A stretch of DNA of 64,000 nt from the human T2T-CHM13v2.0 reference genome, Homo sapiens. This document shows, in pieces, positions 58,617 through 64,000 of the stretch (the stretch's first letter is position 1; each line of letters starts with the position of its first letter). The notes below the pieces were generated by a model. The model did not search any database, had not been told where the DNA came from, and worked only from the letters and a program-made list of their open reading frames with translations. The stretch lies in the NCBI RefSeq assembly GCF_009914755.1, contig NC_060930.1; one strand, written 5' to 3'. Both the position numbers and the translations under genes were made by a program.

Positions 58617-59840
58617 TAGCTTGAAGTGGTCATTACCTTCACAATTCAGGTGGAAATGGTGGTACAACTCAAGTACTTTGGAGAATTGGAGAATGAGGAG
58701 TAATAAGCACAAGCGCACCATAGTTAGCCTGGATAGCAGGAGACCACGTAGGTGCACGCCCACGTCAGAATCAGAGCAAAACCATTTGTCAAATTGTGGA
58801 CATGAAGTTCTGGAAATAAATTTGCATGAGAGCACCAGTGAGGATATAGCGTTGGGAAATCAGGTCCATGAGAAAGAAGAAAGGCTGTGGGATCCGTATT
58901 TTTTGGCCCAGAAGTTACAGATACAACAGCTTTCAAGGACATATGTTTTAGAGAGCCCGTGGGGTTAGCTGTTTGGCATCAGCGCCAAAGTGAAAGGAGG
59001 TCGGCTCACAGTACTGAACGGCAGATTGAAGGGAGACTTCAGGAATAGTCTTGGAAGTGAGGGAGACGGTGAATGAGGGAGGAAGTGGGAAGTGTAATCC
59101 CTTTCCATAGAAGCGTCTAAAGTGCCAAGAACAGTGCCTGGCATACAGTAGACACGCACTCCGTGTTTGTAGAAGCGGTGATGTGAGGCCCTGCAGGGGG
59201 TCGAGGGGTGGGCACATGGTTCTGCTGCTTCTCTCTGCCTCTCAGCTCAAAGCTGAGTCTTCACCACAGCAGACGACTGGGGACAGCCCTAAAACACAGA
59301 GGTTTTGCTCATGATACGCCACTGAAGATTTACATATGGAGAGAGAGCTGATGAACAGCTGTTCTCGTCTCCTCGCCTGGCATCTTACAGGTGGATACAG
59401 CTTCTCTGATTCTATTTCACCAACACTCACTGGTAAGACGTCACTGCCTTAGTTTGCCTCAGGAAGGGGAATTTCTTATTTCATAGTTTTAAAATTACCT
59501 GAAATAGCAGATAATTCTTTCAGAAAGATTTTTTTTTTCTTTTAAAGGTATCTCTGTTTTAAAGCTTTTCTTCCTTCCTTTCTTTTTTTTTTTTTAAGTC
59601 AGAAGGCAGCCAAAAATTCCTCACATTCAGAGACTTAGTGGGCTGGATGTGTGGGAGCTTTCTACACTGCATTTTCTAAAATGTCTTTTTTCCGTCTAAA
59701 GCCTGTCTCCATGGAGCCTCAAAACTCCTTTCTACCCACAGCAACTTCTTTTCTTTCTCTGGAAAATGTGTGCCTGGACTCAGATTCCATCCATGTGGCT
59801 TCTCATGGACATCTGTGATGAGTTACAAGGTGTCTGTTGA

Positions 59841-60213
<373 letters not shown>

Positions 60214-61583
60214 GAGAGAGCACTGGGTTCTTGTTCTGGCTCTGCCGCTGCCTCTGGCATGCCCACGGCGAACTCCCTTTGCCTCCCTGGGCTTTGCTTT
60301 CTTCATCTCTGAAAGATGCCGATGGCCTCTAAGCTTCCGCCCATCCCCCAGTGATCTCAGGTTCTAGAAAAGTAGGCTAGCTGGCACCCTTGATTATGAA
60401 AACCATGGTGCCACCCTTCCACTTCCACCTTTAAAATAAGGCCAAAATGAGCATTCTGCATTGGCTCATGCTGTGCTTGGAGGAAGGGGAGCCTGAGGAA
60501 GTGCTGGTGTTGTAGTCTGAAGTTTCCAGGACAGTATATGACTATGAGATGTTGACCATCTCTATGGGCTGCAGCTGCTGCCAGAGACTTTCATCCAGGC
60601 CAAGAGACCTATGGGATGCACATGTGCAGGGTCATTTGTCCAGGCCACCACTGGGCACAGGGAGCCTAGTTTAGGGTCTTTGCAATGTCAGAGGATATTC
60701 AGTGTCCATATCGTACAGTTGTTGGTTTGTGTTTTTTCCTGACAGACTTACGAAATTCCTTCACATCTTCTTTCCATTTGAATTCTGCACCATCTAGTTC
60801 AGGTTTGCAGCTTTTTTTTTTTTTTTTTTTTTTAAACAAATTTCTTCACTGCCTGATGAAATTGTGAATTCTGTTCTTTCTCCTTGCCTGTCCCAAGTAC
60901 AGGCTTTCGAGACATTTTGAGAACATTTGCTTGGATCTTCGTAACTCTCATACCTTTGTTTGTCTCTATAGTTACAACTCTAAAGTCACTCTTATGAGGA
61001 TTCAAGGACTTAATGGACCACACTTCCTAGCGAGGACAGTGGGGGGATGTTGGCAGAGAAAGTGTGTGCTAGGCTGGTCCCACTTACTGTCAAGAGAACT
61101 ATACTGATAATATTTTTGACTCGTCCAGCTTTTCAATCGGTACATCTTGAATAAACCATTGAATGACTATTTCTTTTTTTCTTTAAAGTTCCTTTTATGT
61201 TCTGGGTTGTGCTAGGCTCTAAAAAGCTATTAAACAATATTGTAACTAATATTGTCATAACAAGCTACTGATACTGTCTTTATTGCCAGTTTATCAAAGG
61301 GCTTTGCAAGGGATAGGAAGGTATTTAAAAAAAAATCACCACTCTCAGACAAATTGGTAGAGGCAGTAAGGACAGGGAGTGCTATTTCAAGAATGAACAG
61401 AGCTCTCCAAATGCTTATTGAGGAAAGAATAGAAATTGGGTAATATTAGGGCTTTTATAGAACAGGTGGGATGTGCTCCATGAGAGCAAAGCTTTTCAGC
61501 AAAGAACTTGTCAGAAATAAGATGATGTCCATTTTTTTTCTATCCTGAATGCTTTAGAAGGGTGGATTAAAAGTTGGTGGCAA

Positions 61584-61953
<370 letters not shown>

Positions 61954-62371
61954 TCACTCAGTAATTCTGATGAAGTGCCCCACATGCAAGCTGGGCTTTA
62001 AAAGTAAACCTGGGAGGCCAAGCAGAACCTGGATCTTCCCAAAGTTATTCTCCAAGCATCACGGGCAACTCTCATCCCTGGCAGGTAACAGCCATGTGGA
62101 TCACTGGAAAAAGCTATTTGGCTTTGGAGAGCACATGTGTGCATTTGGATTGTATCTTTTAAAATTTATTTTACTTAGGCTATATTAATATTAATGTGTA
62201 GTCCCCTAATTCATATCACTATCAGTAGCTAGAAAGATTGTAGATGATTTGAATGAATTTCTAGGCAGTGATTTTTCTATATATATTTGCCATTTGAATT
62301 TCTGTGAAGTGTTATAATTGAATCCTTTGAACATTTTGAAAGTATTTTTCATCTTGATTTAAGAAATTATA

Positions 62372-62682
62372 GGCTGGATGCAGTGTCTCACGCCTGTAAT
62401 CCCAGCACATTAGGAGGCCAAGTCAAGAGGATTGCTTAAGTTCAAGAGTTTGAGGCCAGCCTGGGCAACACGGTGAGACCTTCTATCAAAAAAAAACAAG
62501 CAAAAAAAAATTATTCAGGTGTGGTGGCACATACCTGTGGTCCCAGCTGCTCCGGAGGCTGAGGTGGGAGCTTGCTTGAGCCCAGAAGATACAGGATGTA
62601 GTGAGCCATGATTGTGCCACTGCATCCAGCCTGGGTGACAGAGTGAGACCCTGTCTCATTAAAAAAAAAAAAAAAAAAAAAA
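62372..62682 (+). mobile_element. AluJ
   Basis: Alu consensus with A-tail. Confidence 0.9.
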
Positions 62683-62792
62683 GATAAACGTAGTACATGC
62701 TATGGTAAAAAATTCGAACAGTATAGAGGCCGTTGAATGAAAACTAATTCACCTCCCACTTGCCACTCCCGAGTTGTAGCCATTGTTAGCAA

Positions 62793-63105
62793 ATTTTTTT
62801 TTTTTTTTTTGAGACAAAAGTCTCGAACTGTCGCTCAGGCTGGAGTGCAATGGCGTGATCTTGGCTCACTGCAATCTCTGCCTCCCGAGTTCAAGCGATT
62901 CTCCTGCCTCAGCTCCCAAGTAGTTGGGATTACAGGTGCCCGCCACCATGCCTGGCTAGTTTTTTTTTTTTTTTTTTTTGTATTTTTAGTAGAGACAGGG
63001 TTTCACTGTGTTGGCCAGGCTGGTCTCGAACTCCTGACCTCGTGATCTTCCTACCTCGGCTTCCCAAAGTGCTAGGATCACAGGCATGAGCCACCGCGCC
63101 TGGCT
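62793..63105 (-). mobile_element. AluS
   Basis: Reverse Alu; TSD CATTGTTAGCAA. Confidence 0.92.
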
Positions 63106-63675
63106 CATTGTTAGCAATTTTATGGCATCCTTCCAGAATTGTATCTATGTGGGTGTACGGGTGCTCGTTAATCCTGTTGCCGTTTGCTCTTATCCAATTC
63201 TGTATGCTCCTTAGTTCCAGAAACAGGCATGTGATGTCCTTATGCATCTGCTCTGCCTAGTTAGATGCTGTCATCCCTACCCAAGATGTGGATAAAAGCA
63301 TGTGTGTATATTTTACACAAGTGAGATCCTACTACATATACTGTTCTGTACTCTGTTTTTTGTCAACTAATCACGTATCGTGGACATTTTTTCATATCAG
63401 CACATATAGAACCCCTCTCCCTTTTTAAGAGCTGCTTAGCATTCTGTAATATGGATGGACCCTAATTTACTCAGCCAGGATGGACTTTTGGGTTTCCAGT
63501 TTTTAGCTGTTATTAACTAGGCTGCAGTAAACAATCTTGGACATAGAGTTTGGCACATAGTGTGCCTTTGTTTGTAGGATCATATCAGATGGCTTTCAGC
63601 TGCAAGTTATAGAAAATGATGACTTACATTGGCTGATATGATACATAAATCTATTATCTCCGTAAAGGCGAAGAA

Positions 63676-63948
63676 GGCCAGGCATGGTGGCTCACGCCTG
63701 TAATCCCAGCACTTTGGGAGGCCGAGGCGGGCGGATCACGCTAATGTGGTGAAACCCCGTCTCTACTAAAAATACAAAAAATTAGCCGGGCGTGGTTGCG
63801 GGTGCCTGTAGTCCCAGGTATTCAGGAGGCTGAGGCAGGAGAATGGCCTGAACCCAGGAGGCGGAGCTTGCAGTGACCTGTGATTGTGCCACTGCACTCC
63901 AGCCTGGGCGACAGAGCGAGAGTCCATCTCAAAAAAAAAAAAAAAAAG
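63676..63948 (+). mobile_element. AluY-like with left-arm (B-box) deletion
   Basis: GGATCACG|CTAATGTGG junction; TSD AAAG(G/A)CGAAGAAG. Confidence 0.9.
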
Positions 63949-64000
63949 ACGAAGAAGCCCAGGGTCAGGCCGACTGCAGGACGTGTTGGTCCATCTGCTT

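Overview
Primate (almost certainly human) genomic DNA, not prokaryotic. The window holds the CpG-island promoter and first coding exon of the palmitoyl S-acyltransferase gene ZDHHC14 (+ strand; ATG 28016, splice donor after 28260), followed by about 36 kb of intron 1. The upstream 26 kb contains a full-length, disabled processed pseudogene of HSD17B12 (- strand, ~10614-12947) inserted into an ancient L1M. The same L1M also hosts a nested LTR-in-LTR-plus-Alu stack and a ~1.7 kb insert of apparently unique DNA. The rest is about 35 Alus, MaLR/ERV LTRs, DNA transposon fossils, MIR/L2 fragments, microsatellites and a ~30-copy, 31-36 bp minisatellite that appears to have grown out of a MIR core. 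Almost all ORFs in the supplied track are Alu-, repeat- or GC-bias artefacts. I found no convincing new multi-gene system. The best leads are structural or regulatory: the MIR-derived E-box minisatellite, an 89-bp dispersed duplication, the foreign block inside L1, an inverted pair of ZNF143/THAP11 motifs, and a uORF in the ZDHHC14 leader. Repeat family names are from memory of consensus sequences, and repeat boundaries are approximate unless a TSD is quoted.
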